DNA of 61,686 bases from a bacterium (lineage in GTDB: Bacteria > Sysuimicrobiota > Sysuimicrobiia > Sysuimicrobiales > Humicultoraceae), in NCBI GenBank assembly GCA_030018905.1, contig JASEHJ010000001.1, positions 1 through 61,686 on the forward strand, written 5' to 3'. Below the pieces are notes generated by a model that was not told where the DNA came from, ran no database searches, and worked only from the letters and a program-made list of their open reading frames with translations. The first letter of the stretch is position 1; each line of letters begins with the position of its first letter. This document shows, one piece after another, positions 8,342-17,068 of this stretch. Position numbers and translations under genes: made by a program.

Positions 8342-9202
8342 ATGGAACGCACGCTCGCCGGTCGCGACCGGGCCAACCGGATGTTCGACGCCTACGGGGC
8401 GCTGCTGACCGCGCAGCAGCAGCACCTCCTGCGCCGCTACTACCAGGACGACCTCTCGCTGGGTGAGATCGCCGCGGATCTGCGCGTGACGCGGCAGGCC
8501 GTACACGACGGCTTGCGCAGGGCACTGGTGGCGATGGAACGGCTGGAGGGCGCGTTGGGGCTCGCGGCGCGGCAGGATCACTACTCCACTCCCGCGCCGC
8601 GTTCGACGCCGAAGACGCGGGAGCAGAGGGTGGAGCTGCGCGGCCGGGTCTGGGCTTTTCAGTCGGTCTCAGGTGTCTTCGCGCACCGTCGCTTCGACGC
8701 CGGGACGCATCTGTTGATAGATGCGATCGAGGTGCGCCGCGACGACCGCATCCTGGATCTGGGATGCGGCTACGGCGCGGTCGGCCTGGTGGCGGCCGCG
8801 CTTGCGACGCGCGGCCGAGTGTGGCTGGTGGATCTCAACCGGCGCGCCGCGTGGATGGCGCATGTCAACGCCGCCGCGCACGGGCTGACCAATGTCTGCG
8901 TGCTGGTGGGCGACGGGGCCGCCCCGTTCCGGGACGGTTCCGTTGACCTGGTGGTCACCAATCCGCCCATACGGGCTGGGCGCCGGGTGGTGACGGAGTT
9001 CATTGAAGGGGCGTGGCGGGTGCTGCGGCCCGGAGGCCGGTTCTACATGGTCGTGCGCACGGCACAGGGCGCTCTAACGCTTGCGCGCCTCGTGGCCGGG
9101 CGTTTCGGCGAGGCCCGCCAGGTGAGGGCGGCCGAGGGATATCGCGTCTACGAGGCCCGGCGCAAGCACGATGCGAAGGCGAAGGTGATCGTCGGTGTTT
9201 GA
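8342..9202 (+). CDS. ylxM: Fusion protein: YlxM (UPF0122, sigma-region-4-like HTH) N-terminus plus YbxB/RsmC-type class I SAM-dependent methyltransferase C-terminus
   Basis: Residues 1-75 match the YlxM pattern (FDAYGALLTAQQQHLLRRYYQDDLSLGEIAADLRVTRQAVHD). Residues ~96-286 carry MTS-domain motifs (FQSVSGVFAHRRFDAGTHLL, ILDLGCGYG, VTNPPIRAG). It is a single uninterrupted ORF. Confidence 0.8.
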   Translation: MERTLAGRDRANRMFDAYGALLTAQQQHLLRRYYQDDLSLGEIAADLRVTRQAVHDGLRRALVAMERLEGALGLAARQDHYSTPAPRSTPKTREQRVELRGRVWAFQSVSGVFAHRRFDAGTHLLIDAIEVRRDDRILDLGCGYGAVGLVAAALATRGRVWLVDLNRRAAWMAHVNAAAHGLTNVCVLVGDGAAPFRDGSVDLVVTNPPIRAGRRVVTEFIEGAWRVLRPGGRFYMVVRTAQGALTLARLVAGRFGEARQVRAAEGYRVYEARRKHDAKAKVIVGV

Positions 9203-10553
9203 GGCGCTGCAGTCCAGGTTGGGGGAGATCGTCCGCAAGATCGCCGGCCGCGGGGTGTTGAGCCCCCAGGATGTTGAGGCGGTGTTGCGCGAGGTGCGGA
9301 TGGCCCTGCTGGAAGCCGATGTGAATTTCCGCGTGGCGCGTGATTTCGTCGAGGGGGTCCGCGCGGCGGCGGTCGGGCAGGAGGTGTGGAAACACCTGAC
9401 TCCTGGCCAGCAGGTGGTCAAGATCGTGCACCAGGAGCTGATCCGGCTCCTGGGAGGAGCGGCGCGCGAGCTGCGCGTGGCGGCAGCGCCCCCCACGATC
9501 ATCCTGCTGGTCGGTCTGCACGGCGTAGGCAAGACCACGACCGCGGGTAAGCTGGCCGGTTACCTGCGGCGCCGGGGCCGCTCACCCCTGCTGGTGGCCA
9601 CTGACCTGAAGCGGCCCGCCGCGATCCGGCAGCTCGAGATCGTGGGAGATCAAGTGGGAGTGCCCGTGTTCGCCCGTCACGGGGAGACGGATCCGATCGG
9701 CGTGGCGCGCGCAGCGGTGGAGGCGGCAGTTGCGGACGGGCACGACGTGGTCATTGTGGATTCGGCGGGCCGGCTGCACGTGGACGACGACCTGATGGCC
9801 GAACTTACCGGGATGCACTCGGCTCTGGCACCGCACGAGATCCTGCTGGTACTGGACGCGATGGCAGGGCAGGACGCGGTCCGGATGGCAGAGCAGTTCG
9901 GCGCGCGGATCCCGCTGGACGGCGTGGTGCTCACCAAACTTGATGGCGATGCCCGCGGGGGCGCGGCGCTTTCGGTCGTGGCTACGATTGGCAGGCCGAT
10001 CCTGTTCGTCGGGGTGGGAGAGCGCCCCGATGCGCTGGAGCGGTTTCACCCGGACCGCATGGCCTCCCGCATCCTGGGCATGGGCGATATGCTGACGCTG
10101 ATAGAGCGCGCGGAAGGGGCCGTCTCGGCGGAGGCGGCGGCCGAGCTCGAGCGCAAGCTGCGGCGGCATCAGTTCACCTTTGCCGACTTCCTGGAGCAAC
10201 TGCGCCAGGTTCGTAAGATGGGACCACTGGAGCAACTGATCGAGATGGTCCCGGGCTACGCCCGCATCCGTGAGGCGGGTGCGTCCGTGGACGAAGGGCA
10301 ACTGAGTCGAGTCGAGGCCATGATCCAGTCCATGACACCACAGGAGCGCGACACGCCATCGGTCATTGATGGCAGCCGCCGCCGCCGCATCGCGCGGGGG
10401 AGCGGGGTAACCGTGCAGGACGTCAATCGGTTGTTGAAGCAGTTCGAGCAGGTGCGCCGGCTCGTGCGGCACGCGGACGAGCGCGGCCGGGGCGCAGGTG
10501 GCACACGTTCTAGGACGGCACCCATACCCAAGGAGGCAGACCGATGGCAGTGA
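9195..10553 (+). CDS. ffh: Signal recognition particle protein Ffh
   Basis: VFEALQSRLGEI start, GLHGVGKTTTAGKLA, DSAGR, TKLDGDARGG, and a Met-rich M domain. Overlaps the upstream gene by 8 nt. Confidence 0.95.
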   Translation: MFEALQSRLGEIVRKIAGRGVLSPQDVEAVLREVRMALLEADVNFRVARDFVEGVRAAAVGQEVWKHLTPGQQVVKIVHQELIRLLGGAARELRVAAAPPTIILLVGLHGVGKTTTAGKLAGYLRRRGRSPLLVATDLKRPAAIRQLEIVGDQVGVPVFARHGETDPIGVARAAVEAAVADGHDVVIVDSAGRLHVDDDLMAELTGMHSALAPHEILLVLDAMAGQDAVRMAEQFGARIPLDGVVLTKLDGDARGGAALSVVATIGRPILFVGVGERPDALERFHPDRMASRILGMGDMLTLIERAEGAVSAEAAAELERKLRRHQFTFADFLEQLRQVRKMGPLEQLIEMVPGYARIREAGASVDEGQLSRVEAMIQSMTPQERDTPSVIDGSRRRRIARGSGVTVQDVNRLLKQFEQVRRLVRHADERGRGAGGTRSRTAPIPKEADRWQ

Positions 10554-10819
10554 AGATCCGACTCATGCGAATAGGAGCCAAGCACCAGCCGTCGTACCGC
10601 GTGGTGGTGGCCGACTCAAAGGCCCCCAGAGGCGGCAGGTACCTAGAGGCGCTCGGTCACTATAACCCCAGGACCGAGCCCTCAACGATACAGATTGACG
10701 AGACAAAGGCGCGCTCCTGGCTCGACCGGGGGGCCCGGCCCTCGGACGCGGCCCGCGTGCTGCTGGTGAAGACTGGCATCCTCCCTCGCTGGGAGACCGA
10801 TCGCTCCGGCGGCGCGTGA
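10544..10819 (+). CDS. rpsP: 30S ribosomal protein S16
   Basis: MAVKIRLMRIGAKHQPSYRVVVADSKAPRGGRYLEALGHYNP is canonical S16. Confidence 0.95.
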   Translation: MAVKIRLMRIGAKHQPSYRVVVADSKAPRGGRYLEALGHYNPRTEPSTIQIDETKARSWLDRGARPSDAARVLLVKTGILPRWETDRSGGA

Positions 10820-10837
10820 GGCGCGGTTTGAATCGCC

Positions 10838-11098
10838 ATGCCAGGGGCTGATCTGCGGGCGTTAGTCGAGTACTTGGTCCGGGGGTTGGTGGACGATCCC
10901 GGTGCGGTAGGCGTGCGGGCAACCGAGCGTGACCGCCTGGTCATCATAGAGATCCGAGTGGCCGTGGGGGATCTGGGCAAGGTGATCGGCCGCCGTGGGC
11001 GTATCGTGGGGGCGATTCGCACCCTTGCCAGGGCTGCGGCCTCCTCCGATGGCCGGCGCGTAATAGTGGAAATTGTGCAGCAGTCCAGTCTGGGATGA
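10838..11098 (+). CDS. KH-domain RNA-binding protein (YlqC/UPF0109 family)
   Basis: LVEYLVRGLVDDP... and the GKVIGRRGRIVGAIRTL GXXG-type KH motif. Conserved slot after rpsP. Confidence 0.85.
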   Translation: MPGADLRALVEYLVRGLVDDPGAVGVRATERDRLVIIEIRVAVGDLGKVIGRRGRIVGAIRTLARAAASSDGRRVIVEIVQQSSLG

Positions 11099-11514
11099 TG
11101 GAGGCCGGAATGGGGATAACCGTGGTTCGACCGGTAGTTGTAAAGGCCATAGTCACAGAGATGTTCAAGAGGCAGTACCTGAGTGAGCTTGAGGATACCA
11201 TCCGGCGCCTCGACGCCATGGTCACGCAGATTGATACCCAGATCCGCCGCTCCGAGTTGGAGCGGCAGGTTTCCCCGCAGTCGCGGGCGATCCGACAGCA
11301 GCTCGAGGTGGAGCGGTCCAGGCAGGAAGCCGCCCGCTTGGAGCTGGCGGCGCGCATGAAGGAGGCCGAGGCGCTCGAGCTCCAGTCCGAGTTCTCCCAG
11401 GGCACTCTGGAGAGCACGGTTGAGCTCAGCGTCGGCGACAACTTCTTCACGCGACTGGCGCGAGCCGAGGTCGTCATCAAGGATGGGATTGTCATCGAGA
11501 TCCGTGAAGGCTAG
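11095..11514 (+). CDS. ylqD: YlqD-family protein
   Basis: Occupies the conserved position between the KH protein and rimM. Has a coiled-coil middle and a C-terminal VGDNFF...EVVIKDGIVIEIR pattern resembling Bacillus YlqD. ATGA overlap with the upstream stop. Confidence 0.6.
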   Translation: MMEAGMGITVVRPVVVKAIVTEMFKRQYLSELEDTIRRLDAMVTQIDTQIRRSELERQVSPQSRAIRQQLEVERSRQEAARLELAARMKEAEALELQSEFSQGTLESTVELSVGDNFFTRLARAEVVIKDGIVIEIREG

Positions 11515-12052
11515 CAGAGGGCTGCCGGATCCTGCCGACCTCGTCACGGTGGGACGCGTGGTCCGGCCGCACGGGCTGCGCGGCGAGGTAGGGGTACGCC
11601 TGGAGACGGATTTCCCGGAGCGGTTCGAGCGTCTGAGAGAGGCCTACTTGATTCAGGCCGGCCGCGTGGAGGCAGTCGAGATAACAGGCAGTCGGCCGCA
11701 CAAGGAAGGCCTGCTGCTCACCATCCACGGGGTCGGCGACCTGGAAGCAGCCGAACGATTGCGCGGCGCAGAGATCGCGGTCTCCCGCGACGCCGTGGTG
11801 CCCCTTGAGGAAGGCGCCTTCTATGTGTTCGAGATCTTAGGTCTGCGCGTGCGGACCGAGGAGGGGCGGCTGCTGGGCACCGTTGCCGAGGTAATACGGG
11901 CGCCGGCCAACGACGTCTACGTGGTCCGGGGTGAGGCAGGAGAGATCCTACTGCCGGCCACGCGTGAGGTAGTGCGCAGAGTTGATCACGCCTCGGGCGA
12001 AATGGTCGTCGCCCTCCCGCCCGGTCTGGAGGAGCCGGATCGTGCGCATTGA
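11483..12052 (+). CDS. rimM: 16S rRNA processing protein RimM
   Basis: LVTVGRVVRPHGLRGEVGV PRC-barrel N-terminus. The track start 11420 lies deep inside ylqD. ATG 11483 or GTG 11504 are the plausible starts. Confidence 0.85.
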   Translation: MGLSSRSVKASRGLPDPADLVTVGRVVRPHGLRGEVGVRLETDFPERFERLREAYLIQAGRVEAVEITGSRPHKEGLLLTIHGVGDLEAAERLRGAEIAVSRDAVVPLEEGAFYVFEILGLRVRTEEGRLLGTVAEVIRAPANDVYVVRGEAGEILLPATREVVRRVDHASGEMVVALPPGLEEPDRAH

Positions 12053-12767
12053 CATAGTGACGATCTTCCCCGAGGCGCTGACCCCGCTGGAGGTCTCGAT
12101 CCTCGGCCGCGCTCGCGCGCGGGGTCTGGTGGAGATCTCGGTCGTGGACCTGAGGGACTACACGTCCGATCGCCACCGGCAGGTGGACGACCTGGCGTAC
12201 GGAGGCGGTCCTGGCATGGTTATGAAGCCCGAGCCGTTCTTCGCGGCGGTTGAGGCACTGACGCCCCCGGAGCGCCCGCGCCCACGCGTCCTGCTGACTT
12301 CCCCGCAGGGCCGCCGCTTCGATCAGCGGGCCGCAGAGGAGCTCTCCCGCGAGCCGCACCTGATCGTGCTGTGCGGCAGATACGAAGGAGTGGACGAACG
12401 GGTGGTGGAGGGGCTCGGTGTCGAGGAGTTCTCGATAGGCGACTACGTGCTGACCGGCGGCGAGCTTGCCGCGATGGTCATCGTGGATGCCACGGTGCGG
12501 TTGATTCCCGGGGTCGTAGGCGACGCCGCGTCGGTTGCGGCGGAGTCGTTCGCCGGCGGGCTGCTCGACCACCCGCACTACACGCGTCCGGCCGATTTCC
12601 GCGGGCTTCGGGTGCCCGAAGTATTGCTGAGCGGGCACCACGAGGCGATCCGGCGGTGGCGCCGCCGCGAACAACTGCGGCGCACACTGGCCCGGCGGCC
12701 GGACCTGATTAGCTGGGATGCTCTGGGCGACGAAGACCGCGCGCTGCTGCGCGACGATGACGCCTAA
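12042..12767 (+). CDS. trmD: tRNA (guanine37-N1)-methyltransferase TrmD
   Basis: [13 protein letters not shown] start with GGAGGAG 6 nt upstream, and [16 protein letters not shown] motif. The track start 11982 is an N-terminal over-extension. Confidence 0.95.
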   Translation: MRIDIVTIFPEALTPLEVSILGRARARGLVEISVVDLRDYTSDRHRQVDDLAYGGGPGMVMKPEPFFAAVEALTPPERPRPRVLLTSPQGRRFDQRAAEELSREPHLIVLCGRYEGVDERVVEGLGVEEFSIGDYVLTGGELAAMVIVDATVRLIPGVVGDAASVAAESFAGGLLDHPHYTRPADFRGLRVPEVLLSGHHEAIRRWRRREQLRRTLARRPDLISWDALGDEDRALLRDDDA

Positions 12768-12785
12768 GGCGGGCTGTGCTACAAT
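12757..12785 (+). promoter_or_regulatory. Candidate extended -10 promoter upstream of rplS
   Basis: TGCTACAAT at 12777-12785 (TGn plus TACAAT), with a weak -35 ATGACG at 12757-12762 and a 17-nt spacer. Confidence 0.45.
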
Positions 12786-12841
12786 CATCAGTCGTGACTG
12801 CGGCGCCGCAGGATGCGTCGGCCGACAGGGAGGCAAAAGTG

Positions 12842-13183
12842 ATGGATAAGCTCAAGATGGTGGAGGCCGGTCAGGTAAAGAAGAAGGTCACAGCCTTCAC
12901 TCCCGGCGACACCGTGCGGGTCCACATCCGCGTCATCGAGGGCGGGCGCCAGCGCGTGCAGGCGTTCGAGGGCACCGTTATCTCGCGACGCGGCGCGGGC
13001 GTGAATGAGTCGTTCACCGTGCGGCGCATCAGCCACGGGATCGGCGTGGAGCGCGTCTTCCCCGTGCACTCGCCACGGGTTGAGAAGATTGACGTGGTCC
13101 GCCGCGGCAAGGTACGGCGCGCCAAGCTATACTTCCTCAGGGGAAGGGTCGGCAAGGAGACGCGCATCAAGGAACGGCGCTAG
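12842..13183 (+). CDS. rplS: 50S ribosomal protein L19
   Basis: [44 protein letters not shown] is canonical L19. GGGAGG lies 8 nt upstream of ATG 12842. Confidence 0.95.
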   Translation: MDKLKMVEAGQVKKKVTAFTPGDTVRVHIRVIEGGRQRVQAFEGTVISRRGAGVNESFTVRRISHGIGVERVFPVHSPRVEKIDVVRRGKVRRAKLYFLRGRVGKETRIKERR

Positions 13184-13199
13184 TCCCGGTCCCAGCAAC

Positions 13200-13853
13200 A
13201 TGAGCCGCGACCTCCTGGCCCTTGCCGAGCGCATCCCGTTCGGTATACCCACGCTGATCATCGCCCTGGCGCTGGGGCTGTTCCTGCTGCGCCAAACCGT
13301 CCGCCGCATCTACCGAATCCCGCCGGCGGTGCGCCTCTCGATCGTCGAGACGCTGGACGCCACGATCTTCGCGGCGCTGATCAGCCTGGTCATCATCGTC
13401 TTTGTCGTCCAGGCCTTCTTCATCCCCTCGGGTTCCATGGAGCCCACCCTGCGCGTCGGCGACCGCATACTGGTAGGCAAGTTCGCCTACCGGCTGTGGG
13501 ATCTCCGCCGCGGGGACACCATCGTCTTCCGGTATCCGCTGAACCCAAACAAGGATTTCGTCAAGCGTGTCGTGGGTCTGCCCGGGGAGCGCGTCGAGCT
13601 GAAGGAAGGGCTGGTGCTGATCAACGGTCGGCCGCTGGGAGAGCTGTACCCGACCGTGATGCCCGGGGGCGATAGGGCCTGCTCCAGCAACTACGGCCCC
13701 GAGGTAGTACCGTCCGACAAGGTGTTCGTATTGGGCGACAACCGGTGCAACAGCGAGGACAGCCGGTTCTTCGGGTTCGTCCCGATCAAGAACGTGGTGG
13801 GGCGGGCGATGGTGGTCTACTGGCCGCCCGAAAGGATTGGTCTTGTGCGGTGA
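13200..13853 (+). CDS. lepB: Signal peptidase I
   Basis: TM anchor, then IPSGSMEPTL (catalytic Ser box), GDRILV, FVKRVVGLPGE (Lys box) and GDNRCNSEDSRFFG. ATG at 13200 follows the rplS stop. Confidence 0.9.
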   Translation: MSRDLLALAERIPFGIPTLIIALALGLFLLRQTVRRIYRIPPAVRLSIVETLDATIFAALISLVIIVFVVQAFFIPSGSMEPTLRVGDRILVGKFAYRLWDLRRGDTIVFRYPLNPNKDFVKRVVGLPGERVELKEGLVLINGRPLGELYPTVMPGGDRACSSNYGPEVVPSDKVFVLGDNRCNSEDSRFFGFVPIKNVVGRAMVVYWPPERIGLVR

Positions 13854-14476
13854 CCCGGCCCCTTGCGCTCTTCACCAGAGAGCGCGAGGCCTGGGCGCAA
13901 GGTATCTCACCGGTGGCCGGTTTGGACGAGGCGGGTCGCGGGCCGCTCGCAGGCCCCGTGGTTGCCGCCGCCGTCATCTTCCCCTGCGAACGTTCGATTC
14001 CCAACCTGCGTGACTCCAAGCAGCTCACACCCCGGATGCGTGAAGCGGTGTTCGACGCAATCCAGGCCTCTGGTGCGCTGATAGGCATCGGCATCGCCGA
14101 TGTGGCGGAGATCGACCGCCACAACATCCTGGGTGCGACCAAGCTGGCATGGGGCCGGGCGGTCGCGTCGCTCGGGCAGGTACCGGCGCTGGTCCTGGTG
14201 GATGGGAACGTGAGGGCCCCCCTGTCCATGCCCCAGGTGACGCTGGTGCGGGGTGACCAGTGCTGCGCTTCGATCGCCGCTGCTTCTGTGGTCGCCAAGG
14301 TCACCCGGGACCGCTTGATGGTTGATCTCGATCTCCACGAGCCGCGCTACGGGTTTGCCAGGCACAAGGGCTACGCTACCCCACAGCACCTGGCCGCGCT
14401 GCGGCGGTGGGGGCCCACCCCGGTGCACCGCCGCGCCTTCCTGCCCCCCGGCATTCCTTCCCTGCTTGGCCGATAA
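13850..14476 (+). CDS. rnhB: Ribonuclease HII
   Basis: VAGLDEAGRGPLAGPVVAAAV and DSKQLT motifs. GTG 13850 overlaps the lepB TGA as GTGA. Confidence 0.9.
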   Translation: MTRPLALFTREREAWAQGISPVAGLDEAGRGPLAGPVVAAAVIFPCERSIPNLRDSKQLTPRMREAVFDAIQASGALIGIGIADVAEIDRHNILGATKLAWGRAVASLGQVPALVLVDGNVRAPLSMPQVTLVRGDQCCASIAAASVVAKVTRDRLMVDLDLHEPRYGFARHKGYATPQHLAALRRWGPTPVHRRAFLPPGIPSLLGR

Positions 14477-14486
14477 CAACGGCAGT

Positions 14487-14867
14487 ATGGAGTCTCCACA
14501 CTCACACGCCCTTGGCGCGGCCGGCGAGGCCGCCGCCGCGGCCTGGCTTGCACAGCAGGGATACCAACTGCTGGCGCGCAACGTGCGCACCCGATACGGC
14601 GAGATAGACCTGGTGGTGCGCTGTGGGGCCGTTGTGGTCTTCGTTGAGGTGAAGAGCCGCACGGGCGCGCGGTTCGGGCACCCCGGGGAGGCCGTCGCCG
14701 TTGCCAAGCAGCGCCGCCTCGCGAGGCTCGCGTCGGCGTACCTGCTGACCCACGGGCTGGAAGGGTGCGCAACGCGTTTTGACGTGATCGCCGTGCATGC
14801 CACTCCCAATGGAGGGGTGGGGCAGATCGAGCACATCCCCGACGCGTTTCAGGTGATGTTAGAATGA
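14487..14867 (+). CDS. yraN: YraN-family (UPF0102) endonuclease-like protein
   Basis: GAAGEAAAAAWLAQQGYQLLARNVRTRYGEIDLV...VFVEVKSR is the family signature. ATG at 14487 follows the rnhB stop. Confidence 0.85.
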   Translation: MESPHSHALGAAGEAAAAAWLAQQGYQLLARNVRTRYGEIDLVVRCGAVVVFVEVKSRTGARFGHPGEAVAVAKQRRLARLASAYLLTHGLEGCATRFDVIAVHATPNGGVGQIEHIPDAFQVMLE

Positions 14868-14917
14868 ACCGAATGCCAGCGGCCCGGTTGAAGTCAGGTT
14901 CCCGAGGAGGATATCCG

Positions 14918-15586
14918 ATGTCTCGCAGGCAGGCGTTCGTGAGGGCAATTCTGGCCCTGACCGCTACGGCCGGCGCAATGGCCGGGCCGGCCGCGCTCCA
15001 CGTTTGGGCGCAGCAGACAGTCTGGAAGAAGGTTCCCGCTATCGTCCTGGTGGCGCCGGAGCAGGATCCCAGACTACAGGTCGCGCGCGAGGCGGTCGAC
15101 TTCTGGAACCGCACATTCTCCGAAATAGGCACTCCATTCCGGCTCGGACCCGCTGTTCAGTCAAAGGAAGCAGTGCCGGTCAGCTATCTGAGGACACTTA
15201 GCGAACAGGTGTCGCCGGTTGCCTGGTTTGATTTCCCAGAGAGCATCCAGAGACTGCCGGGGGACATCATCGTGGTGTTGTCGGACGGGGACATCGTGTC
15301 GTTCGCCGCCCATTCACGGTCCGCGGAGAAAGTGCTGATAGCGATCAGGAGCCACCGCCTCTTGCCGACGGCGCTGCCCAACGTCTACCGCAACGTGATT
15401 GCCCACGAGTTGGGGCATGCCGTTGGACTTGGTCACAACAGCGATCCCACCATGTTGATGTGTGGACGTCCGGCCCCCTGCCGCCCTGATGCGTTTCGGT
15501 CCGATACCGAGCGGTTCTTTCCGCTGACCGAGCAAGAGAAGGCACAGCTATTGCGCACGTATCCGACGACTTGGACTAGCCGTTGA
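14918..15586 (+). CDS. Secreted matrixin-like (metzincin, M10-type) zinc metalloprotease with Tat-type signal
   Basis: HELGHAVGLGHNSDPTMLMC gives HExxHxxGxxH plus a Met-turn. The N-terminus MSRRQAFVRAILALTATAGAMAGPAALHVWA has an S-R-R-x-F twin-arginine motif. GAGGAGG lies upstream of ATG 14918. Confidence 0.75.
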   Translation: MSRRQAFVRAILALTATAGAMAGPAALHVWAQQTVWKKVPAIVLVAPEQDPRLQVAREAVDFWNRTFSEIGTPFRLGPAVQSKEAVPVSYLRTLSEQVSPVAWFDFPESIQRLPGDIIVVLSDGDIVSFAAHSRSAEKVLIAIRSHRLLPTALPNVYRNVIAHELGHAVGLGHNSDPTMLMCGRPAPCRPDAFRSDTERFFPLTEQEKAQLLRTYPTTWTSR

Positions 15587-15631
15587 CGATCAGCGGGCTT
15601 GGGCGATCTACCCGGAGGGAACCGAGGCGGG

Positions 15632-17068
15632 TTACGCCAATAGGTAATCGAGGATCCGATCAGCGGCGTCTGTTCCCTGGCGGATGCAGTCAGGTATGCC
15701 GGTGCCCCCGTAGCCGGCGCCCGCGAGAGCCAGGTTGGGAAGGGCCCGCAGCTCCGTACCGATCGCCTCGAGCCGGTCGAGGTGCCCGGTAAGGTACTGG
15801 GGCATCGAGTTCGGCCAGCGTGCCACTCTTACGAAGACCGGATCGGCGTCTATGCCCAGCGTACTGCGAAGATCCCGACGCACCAGCGATACCAGCCGGT
15901 CATCGTCCTCCTGGAGGACGGCCTCACGCCCGGCGGCACCGAGGTAGCACCGCAGTAGCACCAGGTCGGGCGGCGCCCGGCGCGGCCACTTGGACGACAC
16001 CCAGGTGCACGCGGTTATCTCCAACGGCTCGTCACGGGCGACCACGAAGCCGTGGCCCACAAGCGGATGGCGCACCTCCTGGCGTCGGAAGGCCAGCGTT
16101 ACCGCCGCGGTGGACACGTATGGGATTGCCCCCAGCAGGGAGGCCAGCCGGGGCGCCACAGGCCTCAGCAGCGCGGCGCTGGCGAAGGCAGGCGCCGTCA
16201 GCACCACCCCGTCGGCGATGATGGTTTCGCTGTTGTCGAGGTGGAGCGCGTAGGATGTGCGCCCGCGCTCCACCACCGGCACCAAGCGCACCACGGACCT
16301 TCCGGTTACCAAGCGCGCGTTGTCGTTACCGCGGGGGCCGCCCAGCGCCCCAACTAGGGCCTCGACGAGCTCGCCTACACCGCCCGTCAGACTCAAGAAC
16401 ATGGGGCTGGGACTACCGGTAGCGGCCGCCGCCATCAGCTTCCTTCGTGCCATCGCCGCCAGCACCAGGCTGCGGTGGCTGGCTTCCCACTCGAGGAGTT
16501 GCGGGAACGTTGCCCGCAGGCTCAACGCATCCGCATCGCCGGCATAGATGCCTGCCAACATCGGGCCGGCCAGGCGGGCCACCACCGCGTCGCCCAGCCG
16601 CCGCCGGATGAAGGCGCCCATGGTTTCGTCCGTGGCCTCCTGCCTGCGGGGGAGCACCAGGTCGAGGCCTGCGCGGAGCTTCTCCAGGGGTGATAGCAGG
16701 CGCGTGCGCACCATCGGCGCAAAGCGCGACGGCACGCCCAGAGCCAGGCCCTCCGGGAACGGGTGCAGCTTCCCGCGGAAGGCGACGTAGACCGGCTGGC
16801 CCGGCAGGGTGCCGATCAGGCGATCACCCAGCCCCAGCGCACGGCAGAGGTTGGCCGCCCAGGGCTTGGTGGCGAGGAACGAGTCCGGCCCAGCCTCGAC
16901 CAGGCAGCCGCCGATCCGCTCGGTGAGCAGCTTGCCGCCCAGGCGTAGCTCCTGCTCGACGAGCGTGCACCTGATCCCCAGGTCGCGCGCCCTGCGGTCG
17001 AGCGCCAGCGCATGGGCCGCCGCCAGGCCGGTGATTCCGCCTCCCACGATAGCGACGTGCGCGCTCAC
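15632..17068 (-). CDS. hemY: Protoporphyrinogen/coproporphyrinogen III oxidase (HemY/CgoX type, FAD)
   Basis: VAIVGGGITGLAAAH dinucleotide fold, length 478 aa, last gene of a hemE-hemH-hemY trio as in Bacillus. GTGA overlap with the hemH stop. Confidence 0.85.
   Translation of the reverse strand: MSAHVAIVGGGITGLAAAHALALDRRARDLGIRCTLVEQELRLGGKLLTERIGGCLVEAGPDSFLATKPWAANLCRALGLGDRLIGTLPGQPVYVAFRGKLHPFPEGLALGVPSRFAPMVRTRLLSPLEKLRAGLDLVLPRRQEATDETMGAFIRRRLGDAVVARLAGPMLAGIYAGDADALSLRATFPQLLEWEASHRSLVLAAMARRKLMAAAATGSPSPMFLSLTGGVGELVEALVGALGGPRGNDNARLVTGRSVVRLVPVVERGRTSYALHLDNSETIIADGVVLTAPAFASAALLRPVAPRLASLLGAIPYVSTAAVTLAFRRQEVRHPLVGHGFVVARDEPLEITACTWVSSKWPRRAPPDLVLLRCYLGAAGREAVLQEDDDRLVSLVRRDLRSTLGIDADPVFVRVARWPNSMPQYLTGHLDRLEAIGTELRALPNLALAGAGYGGTGIPDCIRQGTDAADRILDYLLA

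Noticed and set aside
10544-13183. Possible ribosomal-protein leader or attenuator RNAs within the rpsP-rplS string
   Set aside because: The genes are separated by overlaps or gaps under 20 nt, except for the 74-nt trmD-rplS spacer. That spacer is accounted for by a promoter-like box and the SD, and I found no stable structure there.
13005-13199. N-terminal extensions of track ORFs that begin inside the preceding gene. The lepB ORF at 13005 is one; the same applies to 11420, 11982, 12776, 13745, 14322, 23733-24764, 34137, 36570-37811, 43204, 49768 and 51573.
   Set aside because: The extensions overlap conserved upstream coding sequence in another frame and translate to Arg/Ser/Pro-rich junk. 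Downstream starts reproduce the family-typical N-termini, often with an SD or a 4-nt overlap.
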